Made by a program: the position numbers and the translations under genes. The notes beneath the pieces are model-generated. The model searched no databases. It was not told the origin of the DNA and was given only the letters and a program-made list of their open reading frames with translations. A stretch of 29,828 bases of DNA from a virus (lineage: Duplodnaviria; Heunggongvirae; Uroviricota; Caudoviricetes): the IMG/VR virus record IMGVR_UViG_3300044712_002337, positions 146,564 through 176,391 of that record; one strand, 5' to 3'. This document shows, piece by piece, positions 8,361-16,442 of this stretch (positions are counted from its first letter, which is position 1; each line of letters opens with the position of its first letter).

Positions 8361-8786
8361 ATGATTCCCGCCCGCCTGGCCCGCACCGCGTTCGCCGCCG
8401 CCGCCGGGTTCCCCGGCGGGGTGCGGGTGCTGCGGGTCGGGCCGGACCACCGCTGGTTCGCCGGCGGGGCCGACGTCCTGCCTTACCGCGGGCGGGTGCC
8501 GGCGGGTTGCACCGTCCACCTGGTGGCCGCCACCGAGGCGGCGGTCGCCGAGGCCCTCGCCCTGACCGGCGGGCTGGCCGCCCCGCTCGTGCTGGTGCTC
8601 ACCGCCCCGCCGCCGCCAACGTGGTCGGCCCGGCGGGTCGGGGCGGCCGCCCGCGGCGGGCACGTGGCCGTCGCCGCCACCCCGGCCGCCGCCGCCGCCT
8701 ACGGGGTGCCGCACCTGCCGGCCCTGTCGGCCGAGGCCGCCCTCGCCCTGGCCCGGACCACCCCCTACTTCCCCCTCCGCGCATGA
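8361..8786 (+). CDS. hypothetical protein, possibly a degenerate Rossmann/GT-B N-terminal half (141 aa)
   Basis: In an operon with an ATGA overlap to the next gene; alternating beta/alpha pattern, no catalytic motif. Confidence 0.6.
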   Translation: MIPARLARTAFAAAAGFPGGVRVLRVGPDHRWFAGGADVLPYRGRVPAGCTVHLVAATEAAVAEALALTGGLAAPLVLVLTAPPPPTWSARRVGAAARGGHVAVAATPAAAAAYGVPHLPALSAEAALALARTTPYFPLRA

Positions 8787-9190
8787 CCGTCGTCGTCTCC
8801 CCGACCCGGCCGGCGGACCTGCCGGCCGGCGGGGCGTACGCCCCGTCCCTGGACCCCCTCCCGTGCTGCCGCGGGGAGGCCGAGGCCGTGTCGCTGGACG
8901 GCCACCTGTCCGCCCTCCCGGCGGCCGCCGTGCCGGCGGCCGTCCGCACCGCCGCCGCCCTGCTCCGCCCGGGCGGCCGGCTGTCCGTCTCGGACGTCGA
9001 CCTGCACCGGTTCGCCGCCGCCGTGTGCGACGGCGCCGACCCGGCGCGGGCGAACGGCTGGCTGGCCGGCCGGGCGCACCTGCCCGACCTGGCCGCCGCG
9101 GCCGCGGCCGCCGAGGCGGCCGGCCTGCGGGTCACCCTCCAGGCCTTCCACGGCGTTCATTTCCATTTGACCGCAGAGGCCCCGCGTTGA
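8783..9190 (+). CDS. truncated class I SAM-methyltransferase-like protein (135 aa)
   Basis: C-terminal part of track ORF 8342..9190 from MTVVVSP. 'AAALLRPGGRLSVSDVD' matches the LkPGG.l motif, but there is no GxG motif I. Confidence 0.5.
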   Translation: MTVVVSPTRPADLPAGGAYAPSLDPLPCCRGEAEAVSLDGHLSALPAAAVPAAVRTAAALLRPGGRLSVSDVDLHRFAAAVCDGADPARANGWLAGRAHLPDLAAAAAAAEAAGLRVTLQAFHGVHFHLTAEAPR

Positions 9191-9960
9191 ACCTGAAGAC
9201 ATCGTGCCGGTACTGTCCGTTCGCCGTCAAAGAGGGGCTCGTCCAGACGGGCTGTGCCGCCGGCCGGCTGGACCGGTACGCGGCCCAGGGGCCCCTGGCC
9301 GGGGACCGGGACGAGGCCTCGGGCGAGGCCTGGGTGCTGGTGCCCGACCGGCTGTGCAACCTGCTCCCGGCCGGCCGGCACCTGGCCGAGCACCAGGGGG
9401 TCACCGACGGCCTCCTCGCCAAGGCCCGCAACGAGGTCCGGGTCCGCGTGAAGGTGGTCATCCCGGTCCTCGCCCCGGCCGCCCCGGACGCGGTGGTCAC
9501 CGCCTTCCGCTCGGCCCTGGCCCAGACCCTGCCGCCGGCGTGCGTGAGCGTGCTGGCGCTCGCCGGCGCCTGCCCGAGCGTGCCCCTGTACAGGGCGCTC
9601 GAAGCGGTCGGGGCGGGCGTCCCGTGGGGGCTGCGGACGGTCGCCCCGCCGGCCGACTTCTGGGGGCTGGCGGACGCCGACGCGGCCGCCTGGCCGGCCC
9701 TCGCCCCGCAGTACGTGGTGGCGTGCGAGCCCGGCCGCGGGCTCGACCCGGACTACCTGGCCCTGCTCGACGGGCTGGCCAACGACGAGCTGGAGAACGT
9801 GTACTACGTCGACCCGCTGGAGGCCGGCGGGGTGCACGGGCTGGTGTACGACCACCCGGTGCGGGAGAGCCTGGGGCGGGACCGGGAGGGGAGCACCCGG
9901 GACAAGCTGGGGCGGTACGCCCTGCCGGTGCGGGACGCCCTGCGGGGGGGGTCGTGCTGA
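9187..9960 (+). CDS. Cys-motif N-terminus plus degenerate GT-A-like domain (257 aa)
   Basis: TTG at 9187 overlaps the previous TGA. 'TSCRYCPFA...QTGC' is followed by 'VKVVIPV...VVTAFRSALAQT', which resembles a GT2 N-terminal strand/helix, but there is no DxD. Confidence 0.6.
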   Translation: MNLKTSCRYCPFAVKEGLVQTGCAAGRLDRYAAQGPLAGDRDEASGEAWVLVPDRLCNLLPAGRHLAEHQGVTDGLLAKARNEVRVRVKVVIPVLAPAAPDAVVTAFRSALAQTLPPACVSVLALAGACPSVPLYRALEAVGAGVPWGLRTVAPPADFWGLADADAAAWPALAPQYVVACEPGRGLDPDYLALLDGLANDELENVYYVDPLEAGGVHGLVYDHPVRESLGRDREGSTRDKLGRYALPVRDALRGGSC

Positions 9961-10403
9961 CACTGGTTTTACACGGCGACACCGTCCCGGCCGACGCCCT
10001 GGCCCGCACCCTGGCCGCCCACCCCGGCGACCGGGTGGCGGTGCTGTACCACACCGCCCTGGCCGGCGACGTGGAGGGGCTCCTGTCCGCCGGCCGCCGG
10101 GACTGCCCGGACTGGCCCCGCCGGCTGCGGTCGGGGGTGCCGTTCGCCGCCTACCGCACCCCGCCCGGCCGGCTGGCCGCGGCGGCCGCCGCGTTCGGCC
10201 CGTTCGTCCTGGCCCCGGCCGGGGCGGCGTTCGCCCCGGCGGCCGACCGGGTGCTGCGGCTGGCCCTGGCCCAGGGGGCGCCGGTGACGTTCGGGTTCGA
10301 CGCCGAGTGGGCGGCCGGGGCCGGGGTGGCCCGCGGGCTGTTCGCCGGCCCCGACCGGGGGGTGCCGGTCCACCTACCGGAAGTGCTATGCCGCCTGCCC
10401 TGA
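9954..10403 (+). CDS. hypothetical protein (149 aa)
   Basis: C-terminal part of track ORF 9204..10403 from GTG 9954 (VLTLVLHGD...); overlaps both neighbours; very high GC3. Confidence 0.55.
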   Translation: MLTLVLHGDTVPADALARTLAAHPGDRVAVLYHTALAGDVEGLLSAGRRDCPDWPRRLRSGVPFAAYRTPPGRLAAAAAAFGPFVLAPAGAAFAPAADRVLRLALAQGAPVTFGFDAEWAAGAGVARGLFAGPDRGVPVHLPEVLCRLP

Positions 10404-11050
10404 CGGTCATCCTGCCGGCCGCCGCCGCCCACCCGCGGGGCCCGGCCCCCACCCCGCGGTCGCTCCTGCGGGTCGGCCGGCGGACCCTGCTGGCCGCCCA
10501 GGTGGCGGCGGTGCGGGCGGCCCGCCCGGACGCCGACGTGGTGCTGGTGGCCGGGCACGGGTGGGAGCGGGTGCGGGCGGCCGTCCCGCCCGGGGTGCGG
10601 GTGGTGCGGAACGAGCGGCACGCCGACACCGGGAGCGGGCACTCGGTCGGGCTGGCCCTGCGGGCCAGCCGGGCGGACCGGTACCTGGTGGTGTACGGCG
10701 ACCTGCTGTTCACCCCCAAGCTGGTGGCCGACGCGCTGGTGCGGCCGGGGCCGGTGCTGGTGCTCGGCGGGCGGGGGGACCTGGGGGTGGCGCACGCCGG
10801 GGCGGCGGCCAGCCGGGTGGACTACGGGCTGCCCAGCCGGTGGTGCCAGGTGTTCGCCCTCGGCCCGGCCGAGGCGGCGGCGTTCGTCCGCTCGGCCGAG
10901 CGGCCGGGCGGGGAGCGGTGGGCGGCGCACGAGCACCTGAACGCGGCCATGGACGCCGGGGCGGCGTTCGGGGTGGTCCGCACGTCCGACCCGCCCCGCG
11001 AGCTGGACACGGCCAGGGACTTCCGGGAGCACGGCGTCACATGCGGGTAG
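10388..11050 (+). CDS. sugar/phosphocholine nucleotidyltransferase-like protein (NTP_transf fold), signature degenerate (220 aa)
   Basis: 'VILPAA...PRSLL.VG..TLL...DVVLVAGHG...VRVVRNE...TGSGHSVGLAL...YLVVYGDLLF...ELDT'. The usual GxGxR motif reads AAHPR. Confidence 0.75.
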   Translation: MPPALTVILPAAAAHPRGPAPTPRSLLRVGRRTLLAAQVAAVRAARPDADVVLVAGHGWERVRAAVPPGVRVVRNERHADTGSGHSVGLALRASRADRYLVVYGDLLFTPKLVADALVRPGPVLVLGGRGDLGVAHAGAAASRVDYGLPSRWCQVFALGPAEAAAFVRSAERPGGERWAAHEHLNAAMDAGAAFGVVRTSDPPRELDTARDFREHGVTCG

Positions 11051-11691
11051 CCAACGTCCTGACCGACACCGACTACTGGCGGCCGGCGGTGAACGCCGGC
11101 GGGCGGTGGGCGCTGGCGGTGGCGGTCGACGCCCTGCTCGCCCGCGAGGGGGACGCCACGGCGGCCCGGGCGGCCGCCGCCCGCGGGGTGCCGCTGGTCA
11201 CCTACGCCGGGGTGGGCCGGCCCGCCCGCGGGCCGAAGGGCGAGCTCGTGCTGCGGGGGTCGGCGCCGGCGGTGGAGGTGGCCGCGTCGCCGTTCGCCGG
11301 GGGCGTGGCGTGCGTCGACCCGCCCGGCCCGTGGGTCGACCGGGCGCTGGCCGAGCTCGACCGGGTGGCCGTCGTCCGCAGCTTCGGGGGCGGCTCCGCC
11401 GCCCATTACCTGGGGGCGTTGCCCGCCGCCGTCGCCCGCGGCACCGTGCTGGCGGCCGACCTCTTGGTCACCGCCGACGAGGACCTGGCCTGCCTGGCGT
11501 GGGCCGGCGGGGTGCCCGTGCTGTACCCGTTCGCCCCGTTCGTGCCGGGGACGGAGTCCGGCCACTGCCCGGACGCGGCGCGGGCCGCGGACGTGTTAAA
11601 AGGGTTGACCCACGACCCGGACGGGGTCGCCGCCGCGATGACCCGTCACACCCGCTCCGCCCGCCTGGAAGAGGTCCTGAGCCTTGCCTAG
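11041..11691 (+). CDS. degenerate GT-B-like (CgeB-type C-terminus) protein (216 aa)
   Basis: From MRVANVL; ends 'AAMTRHTRSARLEEVL', like the HT...R helix of Glyco_trans_1_2 domains. Confidence 0.5.
   Translation: MRVANVLTDTDYWRPAVNAGGRWALAVAVDALLAREGDATAARAAAARGVPLVTYAGVGRPARGPKGELVLRGSAPAVEVAASPFAGGVACVDPPGPWVDRALAELDRVAVVRSFGGGSAAHYLGALPAAVARGTVLAADLLVTADEDLACLAWAGGVPVLYPFAPFVPGTESGHCPDAARAADVLKGLTHDPDGVAAAMTRHTRSARLEEVLSLA
11593..11608 (+). repeat. TTAAAAGG motif, copy 4 (intragenic)
   Basis: GTGTTAAAAGGGTTGA inside a CDS; the hairpin CGCGGC/GCCGCG (11574-11589) is offset by 3 nt and may be chance. Confidence 0.55.
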
Positions 11692-12496
11692 CCTGCTCCG
11701 CGTCACCGGCGACTGGGAGGGGGTGGACGCCCACCCCCTGCTGCTGGCCGCCGCCCTGTCCGCCGCGTTCGACGGCGTCGTCGTCGAACAGCCGTCGGCC
11801 GCGTCCGCCGCCGCCCTGAAGGAGTACGCCCACGCCCTGCGGCCGGCCGACCGCCCGGACCCCGACGCCTTCGTCGTCCCCCTGCCCGTCACGGCCGTGG
11901 TGCACGAGGCGAGCCTCCGGCTCGCCGTCGAAACGCGGTCCCCGCCCGCCGTCGTCCCGGCCGACGCCCTCAGCCGGTACGAGTGGTACCGGTTCCGCAC
12001 CCGGCTGACGCAGAACGGCCGGCCGGAGGACCTGGTGGCGGTCGACGCGGGGGGGCTCCCCCCGCCGCCCCCCGGCCTGACCTACCTCACCCGCCCCGAC
12101 CCGCTCCGCCCGTCGTTCGCCCTCGCCCTGGCCGGCGCCGCCCTGGCGGCCGTCGGGCGGGACGCGGACGGGCGGACGTCGGTCACCCCCGTCGGCGGGA
12201 TTTTCCCTTTTAAAATGAATGAGGGGGTCGCCTACGACCCGGCGGAAGACCCCCGGGCGTGGCAGGCCGGGCTCATCTGCGAGCACGCCGTCCGCGGGTA
12301 CTGGGCGGCGAAGGCGGGGGACTTGCGGGGGCTGGGGGCGGCGGTCGACGCCGCCTGGGCGGTGGAGCGGGAGGCCCAGCCGGTCACCCCGGCGCGGACC
12401 CGGGCCGACCTGGCGTACGCCGCCGCCCGCGCCGCCGGCAGCCCCGGCGGCCGCCCGACCGCCGGCGGGCTGGTCACCCTGGAGGCCGCCCCGTGA
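11684..12496 (+). CDS. GHMP-kinase-like protein (C-terminal lobe recognisable, ATP loop absent) (270 aa)
   Basis: 'AKAGDLRGLGAAVDAAWAVERE...ADLAYAAARAAGSPGGRPTAGG' parallels the HddA-type 'gDl..fG.ll...W..k....a...GA.GgK..GAG' pattern; no PxxxGLGSS motif. Confidence 0.45.
   Translation: MPSLLRVTGDWEGVDAHPLLLAAALSAAFDGVVVEQPSAASAAALKEYAHALRPADRPDPDAFVVPLPVTAVVHEASLRLAVETRSPPAVVPADALSRYEWYRFRTRLTQNGRPEDLVAVDAGGLPPPPPGLTYLTRPDPLRPSFALALAGAALAAVGRDADGRTSVTPVGGIFPFKMNEGVAYDPAEDPRAWQAGLICEHAVRGYWAAKAGDLRGLGAAVDAAWAVEREAQPVTPARTRADLAYAAARAAGSPGGRPTAGGLVTLEAAP
12201..12216 (-). repeat. TTAAAAGG motif, copy 5 (intragenic)
   Basis: Minus strand ATTTTAAAAGGGAAAA inside a CDS (encodes IFPFK); no abutting hairpin. 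Confidence 0.6.
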
Positions 12497-12945
12497 GGCA
12501 GGTGGCCGTGCTCGTGTCCGACCTGACCTCGGAGGTGGCGCGGCGGGCGGCCGAGGCGGTCGCCGCGCTGGCGGCCGACCCCGCCTGGGACTGCGCCCTG
12601 GTCGCCCCCGGCGGCCGCCCCCCGGCCCGGGCCCCGGTGCTCGACCCGGCCGACCTGTGGGGGTACCGCGGGGTGGTGGTGTCCACCGACCTCGACACCC
12701 TCGCCCTGGCCGCCCGCCTGCCCGCCCCCGGCGGGCGGGTGCACTACGCGTGGGACTGGCGGTGGGCGGGCGACGCCCTGGCCACCCGCGGGCGGCTGGC
12801 GGCCGCCCGGGCGGTGTGCCGCACCCCCGAGCACGCCGACCGGTTCGCCGCCGCCTGGGGGCTGCCCGTCTGGGCGACCGCCTACTACCCCGACCCCCGC
12901 ACCTTCCACCCGGCCGCGACCGCGGCCGACCCCCTATGGACCTGA
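12493..12945 (+). CDS. hypothetical protein, GT-B N-terminal-like fragment (150 aa)
   Basis: GTGA overlap with the previous stop; 'GVVVSTDLDT...RVHYAWDWRW' resembles donor-less GT-B halves. Confidence 0.55.
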   Translation: MRQVAVLVSDLTSEVARRAAEAVAALAADPAWDCALVAPGGRPPARAPVLDPADLWGYRGVVVSTDLDTLALAARLPAPGGRVHYAWDWRWAGDALATRGRLAAARAVCRTPEHADRFAAAWGLPVWATAYYPDPRTFHPAATAADPLWT

Positions 12946-13634
12946 CCGAGGCGAAGCGCCGCTACCTGGCCGGGGAGAGCCCGGCCGCCATCGCGGAGGC
13001 GTTCGGCACCTACCCGAACGCCGTCCGCCGGGCCCTGCTCGCCCTGGGGGTGGAGCTCCGCGGGCGGCGGGCGGCGGCGGCGGCCGCGTACCGCACCGGC
13101 CGCAAGGGGCGGCCGTCCGGGCGGCGGGAGCCGGGGGCGGTGCGGGCCGGGGCGGCGAAGGCGGCGGCCGGGTGGGCGGGGAAGGACGCCGCCCAGAAGG
13201 CCCGGCACGCGGCCATGAGCGGGCGGGCGCTGCAGATGCGGACCCCGCAGGAGCGGTACAAGATGAAGAAGAAGGCGGCCCGCAACTGCGGGCGGGCCGG
13301 GGCCCGGGGGACGCGGATGGCCGCCCACCTGCTCGGCCGGCTGCCCGAGGCGGGGGTGCCGGCGGCGCGGGCGGTCCCGCCGGCCGACCTGCTGCTGGCC
13401 GACGGCACGGCGGTGTGCGTGGACGGGCACTACCGGCGGGCCCGGCCCGCCGGGTGGACGGAGAAGAGGAACGCGGCGGTGCTGGCGAACTGCCCGCGGC
13501 TGGTGGTGCTCCTGGCCCCGCGAACATTTACTATTTTAAAAGGTGAAAGGCTGTTGACTTCCCTCGTCGACTTTATAAAATGCGGGAAGCACCTGTCCCA
13601 CCCCGTGAGCGTGGTCCCCGATGTCGAAGGCTAG
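12936..13634 (+). CDS. N-terminal HTH plus DUF559/Vsr-like endonuclease domain (232 aa)
   Basis: HTH-like 'YLAGESPAAIAEAFGTYPNAVRRAL'; C-terminal 'ADLLL...AVCVDGH', where the E of the E.DG..H motif is replaced by C. Confidence 0.55.
   Translation: MDLTEAKRRYLAGESPAAIAEAFGTYPNAVRRALLALGVELRGRRAAAAAAYRTGRKGRPSGRREPGAVRAGAAKAAAGWAGKDAAQKARHAAMSGRALQMRTPQERYKMKKKAARNCGRAGARGTRMAAHLLGRLPEAGVPAARAVPPADLLLADGTAVCVDGHYRRARPAGWTEKRNAAVLANCPRLVVLLAPRTFTILKGERLLTSLVDFIKCGKHLSHPVSVVPDVEG
13533..13548 (+). repeat. TTAAAAGG motif, copy 6 (intragenic)
   Basis: ATTTTAAAAGGTGAAA just upstream of a sigma70-like -35; no hairpin. Confidence 0.65.
13554..13581 (+). promoter_or_regulatory. sigma70-like promoter for the annealing-protein gene
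   Basis: TTGACT-16 nt-TAAAAT, 39 nt before ATG 13621, embedded in the 3' end of the upstream CDS. Confidence 0.45.
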
Positions 13635-14460
13635 GAAGAGCGTGGTGTCGGCCGACATCCTGGACGCGACCGTGCCGGTCGCGGAGCCGGCCGCCCCCGG
13701 GGCGGACCGTCCGGCCGGGTCCGCCCCGGCGGAGCGGGCCCGCACCCCGGCCGACCCCGACTGGACGGAGTGGGTGCTCGACCAGCTGGACCCGGGCGAG
13801 GTGTACGAGACCGAGCCGAAGGCGGACGGGCGGGTCACCCGCCACCCGACGGTGGCCGGCCTGCGGCGGTTCGTCGAGGCCAACTTCGCCGTCCTGGACA
13901 GCGTGCCGGCGGTCGAGACGACGTGGGGGCCGGGACACGCCGTGCCGACGGTGACGGTCACGCACACCCTCCGCGTGCGGCGGACCGGCGAGGCGGAGGT
14001 GAAGACCTTCGGCGGGGCGGCGTGCGTCGGCCCGCACAACCTGAAGGACATCGGCGGGGCGGTGTACCCGGGGGAGACGGCCGACACCCGCGCGCGGGGG
14101 CGGGCGTACAGCAACCTGCTCGGCCTGGCCACCTGCACCAAGGAGGAAATCGCCGCCCAGACGGTGCCCGCCCAGGTGCGGGTGTCGGACACGGTCACCC
14201 CGGCCCAGGTGCTCCAACTTGCAAACCTTTGCAAGACTAATAATTTAAATGTGCGCAAATTTATCAACTGCGGGGAACTGAAGTATTCCCAGCCGACGGA
14301 CATCCCGCGGGCCAAGTTCGAGCGCATGTTCGAGGCACTCAACCGCCTCCAGCAGGCCGCCCACCGGACGGCCATGGGCGAGGACGGGCTGACCGACAAG
14401 GACAAGGAGTTCCTGGCGGCGCACGGGCCGTGGGACCCGGACTGGCGGACGTCGGCCTGA
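13621..14460 (+). CDS. single-strand annealing protein, Rad52/Sak-like (279 aa)
   Basis: 'PTVAGLRR...VTVTHTL...TFGGAA...ETADTRARGRAYSNLLGL...KEEI' matches the a.TRA.gRAl...lgl...EE pattern of Rad52/22-family SSAPs. Confidence 0.65.
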   Translation: MSKARKSVVSADILDATVPVAEPAAPGADRPAGSAPAERARTPADPDWTEWVLDQLDPGEVYETEPKADGRVTRHPTVAGLRRFVEANFAVLDSVPAVETTWGPGHAVPTVTVTHTLRVRRTGEAEVKTFGGAACVGPHNLKDIGGAVYPGETADTRARGRAYSNLLGLATCTKEEIAAQTVPAQVRVSDTVTPAQVLQLANLCKTNNLNVRKFINCGELKYSQPTDIPRAKFERMFEALNRLQQAAHRTAMGEDGLTDKDKEFLAAHGPWDPDWRTSA

Positions 14461-14494
14461 GCGGGGCTCCGCCCCGCATGTCAAAAGGGTAAAA
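14461..14494 (+). repeat. hairpin + TTAAAAGG element, copy 7
   Basis: GCGGGGC-TCC-GCCCCGC then ATGTCAAAAGGGTAAAA, directly after the stop codon at 14460. Confidence 0.85.
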
Positions 14495-14524
14495 TCAGTC
14501 CACTAACACCGAGCGGAGCGAACA

Positions 14525-14896
14525 GTGAAGGCGACCAAGCGGTACGGCACCATCCTCATCGAGGTCGAGGGGGCCACCCAGAAAGACCTGTTCCGCGAAA
14601 TCGCCCGGGCCGACGAGCTGCTGGGCGAGAGGTGCTGCGGCCAGTGCCAGAGCGAGGACCTGCGGTTCGTCCACCGGGAGAACGACGGGAACGAGTTCTT
14701 CGAGCTCGTCTGCCAGGCGTGCGGGGCGTACCTGTTCTACAGCCAGATCAAGGCCAAGCCGGGCACCCTGTTCCCCAACCGCAAGATTATCGCCAGCGGC
14801 CCGGAGGCGGGCAAGCCGCACGCCAAGAAGGGCGAGTACGACAAGAAGTACCGCGGGTGGACCAAGTACCGCGGCCCGCGGGGGGACGACGAGTGA
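14525..14896 (+). CDS. Zn-ribbon hypothetical protein (123 aa)
   Basis: CGQC...CQAC; GTG start; normal composition. Confidence 0.75.
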   Translation: MKATKRYGTILIEVEGATQKDLFREIARADELLGERCCGQCQSEDLRFVHRENDGNEFFELVCQACGAYLFYSQIKAKPGTLFPNRKIIASGPEAGKPHAKKGEYDKKYRGWTKYRGPRGDDE

Positions 14897-15216
14897 CCGC
14901 CCACCGCATCATGAAGGCCATCCGGGCGGCCAAGGCCCGGGCCGACCGGGCGGCCCCGCCGCCCCCCACCCCGGCCCCGGCCCCGGCCCCGGCCGACCCG
15001 CCGTTCTACCCCACCCCGGAGCCGGCCCCCTGCCCGCACGCGGCCGCCCTGGCGGCGGCCGTCGCCGGGTACCTGCGGGACGACCCGGACGTGGCCCGCC
15101 TCCTCGACCCGGGCGGCGACTGCTACGTGCTCGCCCGCCTGGCCGGCGGGCGGGTGGCGGAGGTCAGCTTCGCCCGCCGTCCGGAACACCTGTCCCCTCC
15201 CCTTCCCCCCGGCTGA
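14893..15216 (+). CDS. hypothetical protein with Pro-rich linker (107 aa)
   Basis: GTGA overlap with the previous stop; C-terminal part of track ORF 14632..15216. Confidence 0.55.
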   Translation: MTAHRIMKAIRAAKARADRAAPPPPTPAPAPAPADPPFYPTPEPAPCPHAAALAAAVAGYLRDDPDVARLLDPGGDCYVLARLAGGRVAEVSFARRPEHLSPPLPPG

Positions 15217-15397
15217 GCGCCCCGGCCAGCCGGTTCAGCCGGTCCAGCACCCACCCCGGGTCGGGCACCACGTCCGCCTCGGGGGTGCGGAGGAACGCCT
15301 CCACCAGGGCGTTCGGGTCCGCCTCCACCACCACCCGGTCCACGACCGCCCGGGCCAGGGCCACCTTGTAGGCCACCAGTTTTCCGCTCGCCGGCAT
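15164..15397 (-). CDS. hypothetical protein (77 aa)
   Basis: MPASGKLVAYKVAL...; GAGGA RBS; convergent with 14893..15216. Confidence 0.55.
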   Translation of the reverse strand: MPASGKLVAYKVALARAVVDRVVVEADPNALVEAFLRTPEADVVPDPGWVLDRLNRLAGALSRGEGEGTGVPDGGRS

Positions 15398-15512
15398 TTC
15401 CTCGCCCCTTGGAACGATAATTACGGTAGGCGGTCGGCCTTGGCGCCGCCGCCGGGTTCGGGGTAGTTACCGGCCGGGGCCGGCAGTCCCGCCGCCCCGC
15501 CCGGAGTCTCGC

Positions 15513-15767
15513 ATGCGTCAGCCGCAGCAGTCGGCCGCCCGCGTCCTGTCCTTCGCCGCCGCCGCGTTCCTCGCCGCGGCCGCCGCCGCCCTGGCCGCCG
15601 GCCCGGCCGGCCCCGCCCGCGCCGCCCCCCGCGGCTGCCTGTGGGAGTGGCTCGGGCCGGGCACCGGGTGGGTGAAAATCGAGGACGGGTGCGGCGGGGA
15701 CTGCCCCGAGCCTAACGTCCTCGGCTCCCAACTGGGAGAGCAGGCCCGGACCGGGTGCGGCCGCTAG
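15513..15767 (+). CDS. small secreted Cys/Trp-rich protein (84 aa)
   Basis: Ala-rich signal peptide ending in ARA, then APRGCLWEWLGPGTGWVKIEDGCGGDCPEP...TGCGR (4 Cys); GGAG upstream. Confidence 0.65.
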   Translation: MRQPQQSAARVLSFAAAAFLAAAAAALAAGPAGPARAAPRGCLWEWLGPGTGWVKIEDGCGGDCPEPNVLGSQLGEQARTGCGR

Positions 15768-16365
15768 GCGGGCCGTGCTCCAGGGCGAGCACGGCGTACC
15801 GCTCGCCCGCCGCCGCCGCCCTCCGGTACCACCCCACCGCCGCCGCCTCGTCCCCCCGCATCCGCCACATCTCCCCCCGCAGGTGCCACCCGCGGGGGGT
15901 GTCCAGCTCGGCGTCCAGCACCGCCTCGGCCTCGGCGAACCGGTGGTCCTGGAGCAGGGCCAGTGCCCGCTGCTCGGCCGCCCGGTCGTCCGGCCGCACG
16001 CTCGCCCCGGCGTCCGCCCGCCGCACCGGCCACAGGGCCCACAGGGCCGCCCCCGTCGCCAGCGCCACCGCCAGCGTGCCGCCGGCCGCCAGCGGGTGCT
16101 GCCGCAGCGGGAAGCTCAACAGCGCCAGGAACTTCCGCAACCCGGCCAGCCCGGCCGCCGTCTCCCGGCAGGCCACCACCGCCTCGTTCGCCGCCCGCCG
16201 CGCCGCCGGCACGTCCGGCGGGTCCTGGGCCAGCGCCCGGGCCGCCTCGCCGACCGCCCGGTCGGCCCGCTCCACCCCCACCTCGGCCATCTCCAGGAAC
16301 ACGGCGGCCCAGCCCGGGGCGGTGTCGGGCAGCGGGGTCGGCGGGGGCGGGTCCGACTGGCTCAC
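15712..16365 (-). CDS. membrane-anchored TPR/Sel1-repeat protein (217 aa)
   Basis: Central hydrophobic helix (GGTLAVALATGAALWALW); C-terminal 'FAEAEAVL...GWHLRGEMWRMRGDEAAAVGWYRRAAAAG' TPR/Sel1-like repeats. Confidence 0.65.
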   Translation of the reverse strand: MSQSDPPPPTPLPDTAPGWAAVFLEMAEVGVERADRAVGEAARALAQDPPDVPAARRAANEAVVACRETAAGLAGLRKFLALLSFPLRQHPLAAGGTLAVALATGAALWALWPVRRADAGASVRPDDRAAEQRALALLQDHRFAEAEAVLDAELDTPRGWHLRGEMWRMRGDEAAAVGWYRRAAAAGERYAVLALEHGPPSGRTRSGPALPVGSRGR

Positions 16366-16442
16366 GGGGGCACTCGGGTAAGGGGATACTATCGCACGCC
16401 GGTACGTCGCCCTGTCCGAAACCGGACCGGGCGGCGGAACTG

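Noticed and set aside
5321-13430. Many minus-strand ORFs (e.g. 6045..7379, 9157..10719) opposite the glycan operon
   Set aside because: Antisense shadows of a tightly overlapping plus-strand operon.
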